The translations under genes and the position numbers were made by a program. This document shows, piece by piece, positions 42,001-55,746 of a stretch of 64,000 bases of DNA. Position 1 is the first letter of the stretch. Every line of letters begins with the position of its first letter. Source of the stretch: Podarcis vaucheri. Lineage: Eukaryota. The stretch lies in the NCBI GenBank assembly GCA_965113315.1, contig OZ220367.1. One strand, given 5' to 3'. The notes under the pieces are model-generated. The model searched no databases and had not been told where the DNA came from. It saw nothing but the letters and a program-made list of their open reading frames with translations.

Positions 42001-45000
42001 GCAGGGGAAAATAGCATGTGAGTAATCTGATGAAATATTCCAAGTATCATTAGGTGTGTTCAAGACTATATAACAGATCGGTCCCTGGGAAAGGTTAAGG
42101 TCCATAGCTGTACATTGCAGAAGTTCAAAATGGTTTGTGGGGAGAGATAGATAAGAACTGAGTGATTGCTTTTGAAGCTTTTTACCTTTATTAGAAACCA
42201 ACTGAGATTCACAGTGTGGTACCAACTCCAGACTTGTGATTTGCACAGGACTCAGATTGGATACCAAACAAAAGGAAACATTTTTCAAAGGGCACCATCA
42301 CTTCTAAGTCATTGCTGAGTTGCAGCTTTCCCCTTTCAATTAAGGGGCTTGGGAAGAACAGGCAACAGTTTAGAGCCCAATAGGGCAGTGCTTCCCATTT
42401 TATCTCATTTTTAGGTAGGTTAGTTTGAGAAAGAGTGACTTACTTAAGGCCACCCACTGCTTTCTCCATGGCTCATTCCTGGCATTGGTCCATACCGGTA
42501 ACCCAAATTGGGGGCTGGGGGTACAACTGCTCCAGCAACTGTGGGTTTGATACTTTTAAAAGAGCTGCTGAACATTTGATCATTTCCTCCTGGCCATCCA
42601 GGAAATTGTTGTCATTGTTAAAAATGTGGCTGGTGTTAGGAAGAGAAGAATAAATTGCTTGATTTAAACTCTGTATGTACCATTTTGCTAGCACACCAGA
42701 GAAAGTTGTGTGTGTGTGTGTTTGCCTTTTTAAGGACTTGGTTCCTTACAAAACACACACACACACACACACACACACCATCACTTTACAGAACACTGGT
42801 GGTTCTGGTGAAATGAGATTTCAATGAATATCACTGAAGAGATGGAACAACACATGCAATAGAAGACAGAGATGTTTCTGTGTATGCTAGCCAAATAAAC
42901 CAAATAAAAATAAAAAATAATTCATTCCCCTAAGGAATGAATCCATTATCAAGAAGATTACTGCATCTGCATTGGGTGGGGGCAGGGAAAGAATTAAACC
43001 CCTAAGGGTTTAATTATTAGCCAGATGTCCCTACACACATTTTTCTTCTCCCGGATTGTCCTATGAAAATTGCATTTATGATGTAAGAAACATATATCCC
43101 ATCCTAGAATGCTGCACCTGTGTTTTCGACTTGAAACTAGTGTGCAAATCAGGTACTCCCTAACCTGATTTTTGAGTGCATGGGCATGTTTGCTAACTGG
43201 GGAAACTCTCACGGACACTGCACACTCACCACAACCAAGCATATTCCACAAACTATTACACTGACTATGACAGAATGACTTATTTCCAGTGTAATTTGGG
43301 CAGGAGGAGGGGTGGGATCCAGGGAAGCTCTCTGTGAGTGAATGTAAATGTCAATGTGCATATTTATATTTATTACAAAATTTATATACCTCTTCTCAAC
43401 CATAATTGTTCTCAAAGTGGCTCATAATAAACAAATAAATCAGATTTATAAGTTGATGATATGGGCCTCACACTGACATATCCTGTAAAGAACAACCTGG
43501 CACAGGAAAAATTATTTCTGAATAATGTTATCATTTTGGTCTGAGAGTATTCCTCAGGCAAGAGAAGCAAGCCTCTTCTCTAAGTTATCTATCATCTGAA
43601 TGTCAGGTGCAGTCCATGGTGTCAGATAAACCTGGGCTAATGTCCAATTGCCATGGCTCTTGGCTCTATTCCTCCTCAATGGCAGTGGCAGCAAAGGGAA
43701 GTGCTCACCAGGCAGATGTGCTTTGTAGTTTCCTGCCCAATCCACCATATGTCATGGCATGCCTGAGTGCAAATATTGAATCTCTTTCTGAGCTCCAACG
43801 GTGCCAAACGTACTACAAAGCTGACCCCCAGCTAGGCCACAGACTACTGTGTAAAGAAGAAGTTAGCCTTCCAAATCAAGAGAGTCTGGCCGTCTATACT
43901 TGGATTATCTCCAGGCTGGGCCAGATAAATCACCCAGTTAAAATATGCAAGGATCTAGATTAGCAGCACAGGAAGTGATAGTTAAGGTTGTTGTTGTTTG
44001 CATCAGTACCAAATAGGGAGGGCAAGTGACAGTGGTAGGCACCGAAGTTCAAGGCTGCATATATCTTGGATGCCTTGTGAAACCTACTTCTGATGCATAG
44101 GATTACCCTGGAAATCTCATCCAAAAGATTGGTTTTTTACTCTGTTTCCCTGCAGCAGTTCCTTTTTGTTTCCTTGAGGGTTCCCACTGTTTGTTAAAGC
44201 AACAGTTCCAATCTTTTGAATCCCACCACCTTTAAATTTATGATGCTTTCTGGGACTCCTCAGTTCAGTGCCACTTTTCTGCAGTATGCAAAGATTCTTG
44301 CATGCAATTCTGTGTCCACGCATTCTGCTGCTGCTGCATGCTAGGGATTTGTGGGGCAATGTACGTAGTGTATATCACATTGGCATTAGAGGTCTAGCAG
44401 AGCTATCCTATTTCCTACAGCCCTATTCATTCATCTAGTCTATTATGAGCATGTAGATCACACCTGCTGGCCCTATCACTGACCTCCATACGTTTAAGGC
44501 TGCTGAGTGTGCATGGAAGCTGAGGATGGGGAGGGTGCAACTCTGATCATCTCCCTGGTTCTGCCATACATATTCATTAAATGCTGGGACAGGATTAGTC
44601 AAAACAGTGAATTGTGCTGGGGTGGTTAGAAAAGCAGAAGAGCAATGGCATGTGTGTGCATGTATAGCTATGTGGACTGCTCTGAAACCAAATATTTAAA
44701 GTGCAATCTAATAATGCCTACTCAGAAGTTAACCCCCCATGTAAATAGATCTAGGACTGCAGCTTTAACTTTTAGAGTCCTAATGTAGGCCTCTAGATGT
44801 CCTGGTTTTCGGGTGAAAAAACGGTGTCAGCAACACGCTGGAAAAAGCAGCGGAAAGAGCTCCAAGAGCTTAAAATCACTATTTTGGGGGGAGGTTTCTG
44901 TAAGAAAGCTCAACAATTTTGGGGTGTTCCTAAAGAAAGCTCAACAACTCAGGAATGTTCCGTTTTGAAACATGGCAACCCTATCTAATGTCTCTGCAGA

Positions 45001-46460
45001 AGGCAAAAATTGGGGCAGAGCAGAGAAAAATACCATAGTAGAAGGTCTTTCCCCATTTAATAGAGCCCACAGCAAATGGCAGTCACCAATTTACCAGTGC
45101 AGGGGGAACCTGGGAAAGATTGGGGGTTTTGTGTGTTTTTTGCTTTAAGCTTGAGAAAACAACACTTTAATTTTTTTCTTAATGCTACCATTGATTTCTC
45201 CCCTTTCAATAATATTTTCTGACAGAAAAGACTCAGGAAGAGAGTCTTCTGGTGCCCAGCCAACTTCCTACTAGCAAGCTGTTCTTTCTTCCAAAATACA
45301 GGCCTACTCACCAGCACCAGTGATGCTGCAGGCAGAGCAAAGGAAACCAAAATTTGCATTTGGCATCTCTGCTAGTTTTAGTGGGTTCTAGAAGGATCTA
45401 GATTTGGAGACTGGAAAGAGCTCACTTGAATATGCTGTGGGCCTTTTTCTTTTTTAAAAAGAACTGCTCAGTAATACGCACACAACTGTGGGCAATACTT
45501 TTGTTTGCACTTGCCCTGTCTTATTTACTGAATTTTTCAGAGGGTCCTATTTTGCAATTGCTCTTTACTATATACTTGCACTGAAGTCTGGCACACATAG
45601 GCTAATAGTGATAATAATCAAACTGCATCTGAATTCCGGGTCTGGGCCTCTACCTAACAAGAGCTGTTGTGCTATCACTCCTGCTGCACAGAAATGTAGA
45701 TAAACAATAGTTCTGAACACCAAAACCTAGATCAGAACCAGGCAAGGAGAATGAGGAAGTTGCCCAGGCCTCAAACATCCAGATTAATGAGATATATGTC
45801 CAGCAAAATTCCAGATTCTTTCCTGATGGGATCTACCATAGCATAGCCTGCTCTTCCTACTTTATACACCCCAAGAAAATAAAAATGTTTCTAATTTCTA
45901 AGATTTGAAAATAGTGTTGTGGACCTGGACAGTAACACAAATTATACACATGCCATCTAACATTTTAGGTGAAAGCGGGACAGTTTTGCATACTTGTGAA
46001 TGCCAGTTCTCTTCCTCAGAACCATGCCAGTCCCCTGGACCGTCTTACCCATAGGCACTAGGTGTGCCGGGCACCTGGATGCCAGGCTCTCAGGGACGCC
46101 AGGCCAAGAGTCCGGGGTCTGAGAGTTGAGTCCGGGGAAGAGCCCACCCATCGGTTGGAGCGCTGTGGCAGGCTCTTCTGCTGTGGGCAGCCCTGCGCCA
46201 CGAATTTGGGGGCGACCGAGCCAGTGAGACGCTGAGGTGGCCAGCTGGCTCTGCCTTCCTGCACACCTGGGACTGGGCAACCTGGGGGGGGGGTATGCTG
46301 GGTGGATCCTTGCACCCCAGTGCTGCATATGATTAAGACAGCCCTGCCTGTCCCCCTTTCCAAACTTTCTCACTGCTGAATGCTCTCATCAGCTGACAAC
46401 CACTTGTTGTGCACTGGCTTCTGATTAATAAAAAGACTTTCCCTACACCTTAAACATTGT

Positions 46461-46523
46461 AAGGTAAAGGTAAAAGGACCCCTGACTGTTAGGTCCCGTC
46501 GTGAATGACTCTGGGGTTGCGGT
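46461..46523 (-). mobile_element. Sauria SINE 3' fragment
   Basis: AAGGTAAAGGTAAAAGGACCCCTGAC...GACTCTGGGGTTGCGG. Confidence 0.8.
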
Positions 46524-47362
46524 AGGGAGTAAATTCCACTGAATGCAGTGAAACTTCCTTCTGAGTCAACATGTAAAGAATGTACTGCTAGACTGCAATT
46601 CTATGCACACTTTGCGAGAAGTAAGGCCACTGAAACCAGTGGGAATTCCTTCTAATGAAGCATGCCTTGGGTCCTGTCATTAGAGCACAAGTCTGTTTTT
46701 AAGCATGTTTCTCTGCACTTTTGTGTGTGTACAAAGCTGTTCTTAAATACATGGAAAGAGACGTGTTATACTACAACAATACACAGCTAAAGACATGTTT
46801 TCTTTACAATAAAATAAGTAGTATTATGGAACACAGCCTTTTAGCCTGAGTGTTTAAATCAATCATCCAATGGAAGTAGACTGTGTTGGTTACAATGAAG
46901 AAACAAATTAAATATCAAATTAAATGCTCCCTTCTATGTACCATAAGATCAATACTCACAAAGTAATTTGGGTCTTACTTTCACAAAGAAATAAAAGGCT
47001 GTTATAAAAAGAATGATACAGTCCTTTTAAACATTGAGATATAGTGAAGGTGAACGGATTGAATTTAAGTGTTCTAAAACTTATTTTTTTTGCTTTCAGC
47101 TGTGTAATTGTTTTTCAAAGGATGCTTTGCTCTTCATCTGTATCTCTCCAACTCTCCACCCACCCACCCACCCACCCATGCACACACACACTATAACTGT
47201 ATAGTCTTTAGCATACTGAGAATAGTAGTTGTATTTTAGTTCACTCTTCAGGTATGTTTCCACTTCCACTTCCCCAAGGAAAAGTACACCTGTGCAGCTT
47301 ACCAGAACCAGTTCTCTGGTAATTTATTTCAGTATTTCATTTCAACCATTTATATATCATTT

Positions 47363-47717
47363 AGGTAAAGGTAAAGGGACCCCTGACCATTAGGTCCAGT
47401 CGTGGCCGACTCTGGGGTTGTGGCACTCATCTCGCTTTATTGGCTGAAGGAGCCAGCATACAGCTTCTGGGTCATGTGGCCAGCATGACTAAGCCGTTTC
47501 TGGTGAACCAGAGCAGCACACGGAAACGCCATTTACCTTCCCGCCGGAGCGGTACCTATTTATCTACTTGCACTTTGACGTGCTTTCGAACTGCTAGGTT
47601 GGCAGGAGCAGGGACCGAGCAACGGGAGCTCACCCCGTTGCGGGGATTCGAACCGCCGACCTTCTGATCGGCAAGCCCTAGGCTCTGTGGTTTAGACCAC
47701 AGCACCACCTGCGTCCC
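47363..47717 (-). mobile_element. full-length Sauria SINE
   Basis: On the minus strand it begins GGGACGCAGGTGGTGCTGTGG, has B box GGTTCGAATCC, and ends with the (ACCTTT)n tail. Confidence 0.94.
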
Positions 47718-49049
47718 TTATAATTAAGGCTGCTACTTGGAAAAATGCAGGACTGAAGTGAAAAACACATGTGGCTGTGTGCTCGTAAAGTACATTCAAA
47801 GCACACACACCCTGCCACCATCAAAGAATTCTGGGTGCTGTAGTTTGTTAAGAACTGCTGGGATTGTGCTCCGTGAGGGGCAAACCAGAGTGTCCAGAAT
47901 TATTTGAGGGGGAAATGTGCTTTAAAGTTAAAGTGTGTACTCAGGTAATTCCTGATATGGGAAGCTAGGAGGGCCACTATACTACTTATTAAACTTACTC
48001 TCTTAGGACTAGGGAAGAAGAGTTATACGAGAGTAAGGAGCATAATATGGCCAAGAATCACAATACATGGATCAAGCACCATTTGCAGTGTGTCTACCAC
48101 AGAAACAATGTTGCCATCAATCTCATGTTATGAGAAACCTCATTCCATGGCATACAGAAACAGAATGTGTTTGGTAGCTGTAATATAGGGGGAGCAAACC
48201 TGTGGCCTTTTAGATATTGTGTGACCACAACCCCCTGATGGAGTCCAACAACTGGAGGACTGGAGATTGGAATGAGGCTCTATAACATGGCTACAGCTGA
48301 AATAATAGATTGAGCAGCATATTAAGAAAAAGTGTCCAGCCCACTTCCAGGTGTTCAAAACATTTGGTATGCCATGATTTAATATTTTCCCTCTTTTTCC
48401 TTTTTATTTAAAATCCCAATTTAACTGGTATGTCATGATTTAATCTTGGCATGTGAAGTTTATATGGCCCCTTTTAAGGACTGTTCGGGCCTGGTGCAAA
48501 TGGAAACACACAACCCTGTTACATACCCTGAAAATACTAGAGATTTCACACTGAAAAGAAAATAGCAGGAGTTTTTTAAAAAAACACAAAACTCCGTAAA
48601 TTTGAAGGTAAACTGAATAGAGTTGCCTGTCAGTTTGCCAATACAAGTGGCTGCCTGTTCTAAGAAGACCTGGTTTGTAGATATTTCTTCCTTTTCTGTT
48701 ATCTCATTATGGATATTCTGGAAATCTCAGGTGCCTGGCAGAGGCCTGTCAACTGAATGAAAAGCTATGCTGAGAGAAGCTGTTTTATCAATACTTGAAA
48801 AAAGAACTTTACTTAAGACATACCTAGTTTTTTAAAAAAACACTGTTCTGTACTCACATACATATATATGAATACTTTTAAATAGTCTAGTCAGCAATTT
48901 CCTACTTTTGCCTTTAAAAGGAACAATGGGGAGAAGAAAGAAAACAATAATTCTAAATATAATCCTCCTCTTACCTTCCCACTTCAAATCCTCATGCTGG
49001 CAGCAGAACAGTCAGTGGCCACCACCTGCATTTCCTGCAGGGCAGAGAT

Positions 49050-50070
49050 GAATAGCAACAGTAGATTTGTCATTCTGACTTCCTTGAGTGCCATCTTATG
49101 CACGTTTCAGAAGCATGTAAGTACATAAAGAGAGCTTGCTGGTTCAGGCCAGTGGCTCTTCTGGTCCAGAATGCTGTTCTTGCAATGGCCAACAAGCTGC
49201 CTGTGGCAAACTCTGCTAGCAGGAGCTGAGTACAAGCAACACTTGGCCTTCCTGCAGTTTCCAATGGTTGCTATTCAGAAGCAGACTGCCTCCAACTGTG
49301 GAGGTAGAACACATAGCCACCAGAGTTCATAGCACCTGATAGAGTTATCCAGAATGAATTTGTCCAGTTCTCTTTGCCAAGCCATGTGCATAGCTGTCAA
49401 CTTACAGATTTGAAAATAAGGGACCAGCAGCCCAAATAAGGGATCTGCAGCCTCACCTGTTCCAGGCACTCCAGTCTTCCTGTCCTCCTGCAGTCTGGTC
49501 AAACTCATGCTGGTAGCTTCGAGAACACTGTCCAACCAACTTTGTAACCAGAGGTTCAACTGAACAGAATCTGAATCACATGCACCACAAAGCCTATGTA
49601 GCCTCAACTTAAGATGGCTCCCCAGCCTGGCTTTGCACTGCAAAGTTTGCAACAGCATGTGCAACAAAATGGCGTCCAGCATTCAAAAAACCCCTCAGCT
49701 TGCATTAACTAGCCACACACAAGGCATGCAAGCTCCACCCCCCAGTCATTCTTAGACTTCTTATTGGGTGAGCAACACAGCCAAGCAACACATTTGGAGC
49801 CTCCCTCCTCCCTGGCTGGCAGGGAGGGAGGGAGAGGAGCTGCTTCCTTTGAAATTTAAGGGACATCATTTAAGGGACATTTAAGGGACGACCATCAATA
49901 AGGGACAGCAGTGGGATATGGTGCTGGAATAAGGGACTGTCCCTTCAAATAAGGGACACTTGACAGCTATGGCCATGTGGGCAACTATCATTACTTCTTC
50001 TGATAGCAAATCCCACATTTTAACTTTGTGCTGTGTGAAAAAGCTCTGTTCAGTTCGCCGCCTCCTCATG
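49050..50070 (-). mobile_element. CR1 LINE 3' fragment interrupted by a hAT MITE
   Basis: Minus-strand SFFTQHKVKMWDLLSEEV, then after the insertion ELDKFILDNSIRCY. Together these match the CR1 ORF2 C-terminus. Confidence 0.75.
49389..49971. mobile_element. non-autonomous hAT element
   Basis: TIR CATAGCTGTCAA / TTGACAGCTATG, 8-bp TSD GCCATGTG (49381-49388 / 49972-49979), and subterminal AAGGGAC repeats. Confidence 0.9.
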
Positions 50071-50527
50071 CGTTAAGTCTGTAGGCACTGCTCATCAGTT
50101 GCATTCCCAAGACCGGCCCTGCATTCCTCCACATTTTTGAGGAGAAATGTCCACAGTAGTCCTGCTGTAGTTGTGGAGGTGCCCAAAATTCAGGACCCTC
50201 CACAGAGCTCTAAATTGTCTGGTGATCCACCATGGGTACAGGAAACTGTCTCCCCCACCTGCCACTATAGACCTTTGCCCTCCAACATGCAGTTCACCAT
50301 GGGACTGGGCAACTGAGAGGAGGTGTTCTCCTCTCACACAGTTTCTAATTATGTAAGAAGCATTTTTGCCCAAGACTATAGAATTCTTTGAACAAGGAAG
50401 GGTAAAAGGTGATGTTAGGAAATGAAAGAAGATTGTAAATAGATGACAGTGTTTTGCAATTGTGAGACTGAGTTGGGGCAGATATTCAGCTATGCTTTTC
50501 TGAAGCAAGGCCTCTTGAACCATGAGA

Positions 50528-50904
50528 CAGTGGCGTAGCGTGGGGGGTGCCAGGGGTGCCGGCCGCACCGGGTGCAACATCTGGCCCCCCCCCCCGGATC
50601 TGGAGCTCCACCTACAGCCCAAGGAGAGGAGGGGGCGGGGAGGCACCCGAGGGGAGGGGGCTTTGGCTGCCTCAGCCCGCGGGGGCTCCGCAAATAATAG
50701 ATTTAATAAATTCCTGCTGAGCCTTTGGGGGGTGTCCTTGGCTCCTTTGCTCGCCCCCAGCCCCAGTGGCGTAGCGTGGGGGGTGCAGGGGGGCGGGCAC
50801 AACATCTGGGGTGCGCGCTTGCACTCGAGTGCTAAAATCCACGGGTTAGGGGGCGCAAATTATTTGCCTTGCCCCGGGTGCTGACAACCCACGCTACGCC
50901 ACTG
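50528..50904. mobile_element. young GC-rich non-autonomous hAT element
   Basis: Perfect 17-bp TIR CAGTGGCGTAGCGTGGG / CCCACGCTACGCCACTG and 8-bp TSD CCATGAGA (50520-50527 / 50905-50912). Confidence 0.93.
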
Positions 50905-51581
50905 CCATGAGATATGGTAGCTCAGCTTTCTTCTGGTGCTCTCCAGATATTTTGTACTATTGCTCCCTACATCCCTGACTATTGGCTGCCCTGGCTGGGA
51001 CTCATGTGAATTGGTGTCCAAAACCTCAGGAGAGCACCAGGTCGGGGAGGGCTATCCTCATTCATTCATGAGAGGTGAGGACATCCTGGCAATGAGAACA
51101 TTCCTCTGGGGTGCTTGTAATCTCCAGCTGTGGTGATGGGATGTAAGATGTTTGTGGCTTTCCCTGAAGCTCCTGCTGATCATGGGAACTGGGCTACCCA
51201 TACCCTGAAGCAAAACATAAGTCCCCATACTGAACAATATGGTGTCTAAAGGTATTTTGCTAACCAACAAGTACCCTGTGTGGTTGATTCATATTATCAA
51301 ATAATACTCCTTACTGATTCCAGACAAATAGGGTGATTAGCACTTTAAAATTAATATATCTTAAACGATAGTATCTAATAAGTGAAATAGTATTTCATCA
51401 GAAGTATATACTCTCCAAATTATGCTTTCTTAGAATAATTATTTTTATTCTATTTTTATTTATGCCCCATCTTTGCCCCCTTTCTCCCCCTGTAGGCAGC
51501 TTACAGATAAAAATAAGAGAAGCTGAAAACATAGGGGGGAAGTCATTATAAAACAATTAAACATTGATAGCGTTAACCACA

Positions 51582-51615
<34 letters not shown>

Positions 51616-53295
51616 AGATGAGTAGGGATGCTATTTAGACCAAATAGTCTAAATGCTATATATACCAAATAGTATATATAGAAGATACACCAAACAAGTC
51701 ATAGATGCACACATGTATACACATGCTAATGATGATGGTGATTTTGGAATTTTTACATTCTGATCTCATATATATTTACTTGGAAAGGTGTCCTACTGAG
51801 TTCCTTTGGAGACAAGTCCCTAGTAAAGGATGATGGCCTGATTGTGTGATGTAGTTCAGCCACTCAGCATTTCTTATAATTTGTTTTCTCTTCTGTGAGT
51901 AATCATCCACTAAGATATTACTTGACATTCTTCCCTCTTCCCGCGAACTTCTGCACATCAAGACAGTTTCGGCACAAACCCTTGCAAACAGACTGAGACT
52001 CCCCACGAGTTCTTTTGATTAATTTCAGCAGAAAACATCATAAATGATGTGATAGGTTGATAACACTGAAGAACCTGTGTAGCTTCAGAAGCAACTAAGC
52101 CACATTTTCCAGGGCAATCCCCATTGGGGCTGAATCACACTCTGTGGGGAACCTTGTGTACTGTGAGGATACGACAACTACCAGAAATTTTGCAAAGGCT
52201 TCAAACCTATCTCCCATAACAGATATGTTAATGAAAGGCCTTAGTGGAAGATTATCCTAAGACAGGATGCTTCAATATAAACTTCCCTTGTTCTCAAGGA
52301 AAAGGAACTGATAGAGAACAACATTTTCATTGACATTTTGACATTTGTATTCCCAATGCTTTTTGCTTTTGCTTTTCAATGACACATTGAAAGTCAGAGA
52401 GCTGTTCTAGTAACTGTCAGACTTTCAAAAAGGTATAAAATGTTCTGAGCTCACCTTCCATCTCTTCCTGGGTGGGGTTCCTCCTTAATTATGAAAACCA
52501 GAGCTTTAAGTAAACTGGAATATCTTACCTCCTTCATTCTGCCATTTTGCGCCCTATCCTAAGCGCTATTGACACAATTGAATCCCTTCCTTTCGCCTTG
52601 CTATGGGTGCCCACTCTCATTTGTGCTTCTCTTCCCCTTGACCTCTTGGATTTTTTTATTCTCCCTGGCTGGCTCCTTCAAACAACCTAAGCTCCCCTCT
52701 AACTCTCCTCAAGACCACATTGAAGTTTGGCTCTTAAGCATCAGGTAGGCAAAACCACCAAAAAAGAGACCACAGGCTTTGTGAACCTACCGGTATTTTA
52801 AAAGTTTGCTTTAAAAAGAGAGGGATTATTCTTAGGAAAATGGGTTTAACATCTAAATTGTTACCTGCACACCAATCAATCCCTAAGGGCAAAATACTAA
52901 TGGGAAAAAGCAAATTAAACACGTTCAGCTCTTCCTGTCTAACTATTTCTTACTTGGTGAAATTCTGCTAAGCAAGATTCTCTCAGTTAGCGTTCTTATG
53001 ATATTATGTCAGTTAGCAGCCCACTTTCCTTCCTCCTGCACCAAGCTTGAGTTCTTCTGATCTTCCTGTGTGTCCTTCTGATCTCCTGCAAGCAGCTCCC
53101 TATCTATCTCCCTGAGCTACACTTCAATCCATGAACATACCAGACAACAAAAGGTTCACTTTTGCCTTAATCCACTCTACTGACCAGACCACCCTCAATC
53201 CATATTTTACCTTCATCTCCTGAAGTGTTTACCTGCCAGACAAGGTTGGCTCCAGGAAGCAAATTAACCACATAATTGCCAAACCAAACGATATA

Positions 53296-53542
53296 CAGTG
53301 GTACCTTGGGTTAAGTACTTAATTCGTTCCGGAGGTCCGTTCTTAACCTGAAACTGTTCTTAACATGAAGCACCACTTTAGCTAATGGGGCCTCGCACTG
53401 CCGGAGCATGATTTCTGTTCTCATCCTGAAGCAAAGTTCTTAACCCAAGGTACTATTTCTGACTTTGCGGAGTCTGTAACCTGAAGTGTCTGTAACTTGA
53501 AGCATCTGTAACCTGAAGCATATGTAACCCAAGGTACCACTG
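53296..53542. mobile_element. Tc1/mariner-type MITE
   Basis: Perfect TIR CAGTGGTACCTTGGGTTA / TAACCCAAGGTACCACTG with a TA duplication. Confidence 0.9.
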
Positions 53543-54177
53543 TACAGGTTTCTTTGTTTATTTCAAAGCAATACCACTTCTTCATACTCCCTCAACCAGT
53601 AAAATAAATTCAGTGACTCTGCCAACTTAGGCCACCTCAAATCCTGCTTCTTCCAAAATATCACCACATTATGAGAGGCATTCAGGAACCTTACTAATAT
53701 TACACAAATGGTGCTAAGTAGCGAGTTTCAACCTGGAATGGACAAATCTCTTAATTTTGGTTCTACAAATTTCTTATTTTTCCTTTCCCTAGAAATTCAT
53801 CAGCATTACAGAATTTCTCCTAACAAACATATTTTTGTATGCAATTTTCACTAATATGCACATTTTGTAAGCAATTTTCTGTAATATAATGCAATTTGTA
53901 CATTAGGTTTACTATATATTTTATGCATGCATGTACCCAAGTACACATGCTTCTGTACACATTACTTGGCTGGAGAACTGCATTGCAAAATTCAGAGAAG
54001 TACGTTTGTTTGTTGGTTGGTTGGTTGGTTGGTTGGTAAGGCTATATTTTAGTTCACATATTGTTTTTTTAAAAGTGTGATTTTGGCAAATTCATGTTTA
54101 AATGCAAACTGAATCAACTTTCCCTCCCATCCCTAGCCCCTATCAAGTTTTTTTGTTTTTACCTATTTAGTATCAGA

Positions 54178-54487
54178 GTGGGACGCGGGTGGCGCTGTGG
54201 GTTAAAGCCTCAGCGCCTAGGGCTTGCCGATCGAAAGGTCGGCAGTTCGAATCCCCGTGGCGGGGTGCGCTCCCGTTGCTCGGTCCCAGCGCCTGCCAGC
54301 GGGAAGGTAAACGGCGTTCCGTGTGCTGCGCTGGCTCGCCAGATGCAGCTTTGTCACGCTGGCCACGTGACCCGGAAGTGTCTCCGGACAGCGCTGGCCC
54401 CCGGCCAATAGATGTGAGATGGGCGCACAAACCCCAGAGTCTGTCAAGACTGGCCCGTTCGGGCAGGGGTACCTTTACCTTTACCTT
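54178..54487 (+). mobile_element. Sauria SINE, divergent CpG-rich subfamily with internal deletion
   Basis: GGGACGCGGGTGGCGCTGTGG head, B box, (ACCTTT)n tail, and 14-bp TSD TATTTAGTATCAGA (54164-54177 / 54488-54501). Lacks the TATTTATCTACTTGCAC block. Confidence 0.92.
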
Positions 54488-55532
54488 TATTTAGTATCAG
54501 AAGCTTTGAACCCAATTCTATGGTATTAAGAAGGAAAATAACTTCACGTTTCTATTTCCGCCATTGCTTGTGTAAGCACAATACAGTCAGAACCCAGAAC
54601 TCATTTTTGTGTTCTGCATTTAAATGTTCATGGCATAAACCTCATGACAACATAGTGAGTTCACACGATCACTCTTTCGAAACGCTGACCTCTAAACAAG
54701 ATTTCCTGAAGTTGTAACTTACCCTTTTCTAACCACAATTCACTTATGAACTATTCCCCTTAAAAAAAGGACTTATGAATATGATCTTACTGTGAGTGGA
54801 ATAAGAAATGCTTTTGGCTGCTCCAAACACTAAAATAAAGTTAATCTGACCTTTTAAAAAGAGCCCTCTCCATTTTAACCAGCAGAATTGCTTTACATTT
54901 TGTCTTTACTGAAACAATCAGAGGAGAAATCTAATTTGAGTTTGAATAGATGAGCTGTCACACTCTAAATGTGCATACACAGTACCTTCACTGACATTAT
55001 GTCAATTGTATTTTTCTTCTTTTGAATACAAAAAAGGAGATAGCCCCAGTGCTTAAAATAACAAGTGAGAAACAAAGGCTCCTTTTCGTTAACCACCTAT
55101 AAGGACCTGAAAATACCTTGTTAGAAGGAACAAAGGCAACATTGCCTCTGTGTAGTAGCTAAAGCTCCAGCCCTTTCTGTCTGGCCAGGAATCAGGTATA
55201 AAGAGCCAGTTAAGAAACCCATGGGAAGTGTGAAAAAGGCAGAGCCAAAGTCTTCTTTCCTAGCTTCAAGCCATGTGAACTGTTCAGAATCAGAGCAATC
55301 TCAGCATGACTCCTGTCGCCACGCTATTGCATTGCTAGGAAATAATACAAGTGTGGTGCTTGGAGCTTTTGAAAGCCATCGGGATTGAGAAATCCTAGAA
55401 AGTTATTCTGTAAAAATATCACACACTGGGGATAAAGTAATATTCAAAATGTCTTTATGTATTTCTTTTTTAAAAACTATATGTGTCCTTTGATAATAAT
55501 ATCAGGGTGTGTTTTGAATAATTTTCTATATA

Positions 55533-55746
55533 GCGTGTTCTCATAAAAGAGAGAGCACGTGTTGCGGATGGGGCCGAACAAAACCCCCAGTTAGTGACCA
55601 GGCCATTGATGGCAATGGGCTGGAGTAGATTGGAAGAAGTTGTTACTGGGGCAAAATTGATGTTGCCAATTTAGGGGTGGGGTCAGACCCCTTATATAAG
55701 CAGGGTCCACAGCTTTCTCTTTCTCTTTCGCTGTGGACATCGGATC
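55533..55746 (+). repeat. Ngaro repeat A1 (214 bp)
   Basis: Identical by eye to 61936-62149. Confidence 0.95.
55629..55740 (+). promoter_or_regulatory. putative Pol II promoter in A1
   Basis: ATTGG at 55629, CCAAT at 55666, GGGGTGGGG at 55674 and TATATAAG at 55693-55700, in canonical spacing. Confidence 0.65.

Noticed and set aside
50095-50884. 236-aa and 120-aa GC-rich ORFs / CpG island promoter
   Set aside because: Explained by the GC-rich hAT MITE with TIRs and TSD.
52450-53230. Possible decayed LINE ORF1 on the minus strand
   Set aside because: The composition is suggestive, but I could not support any motif.
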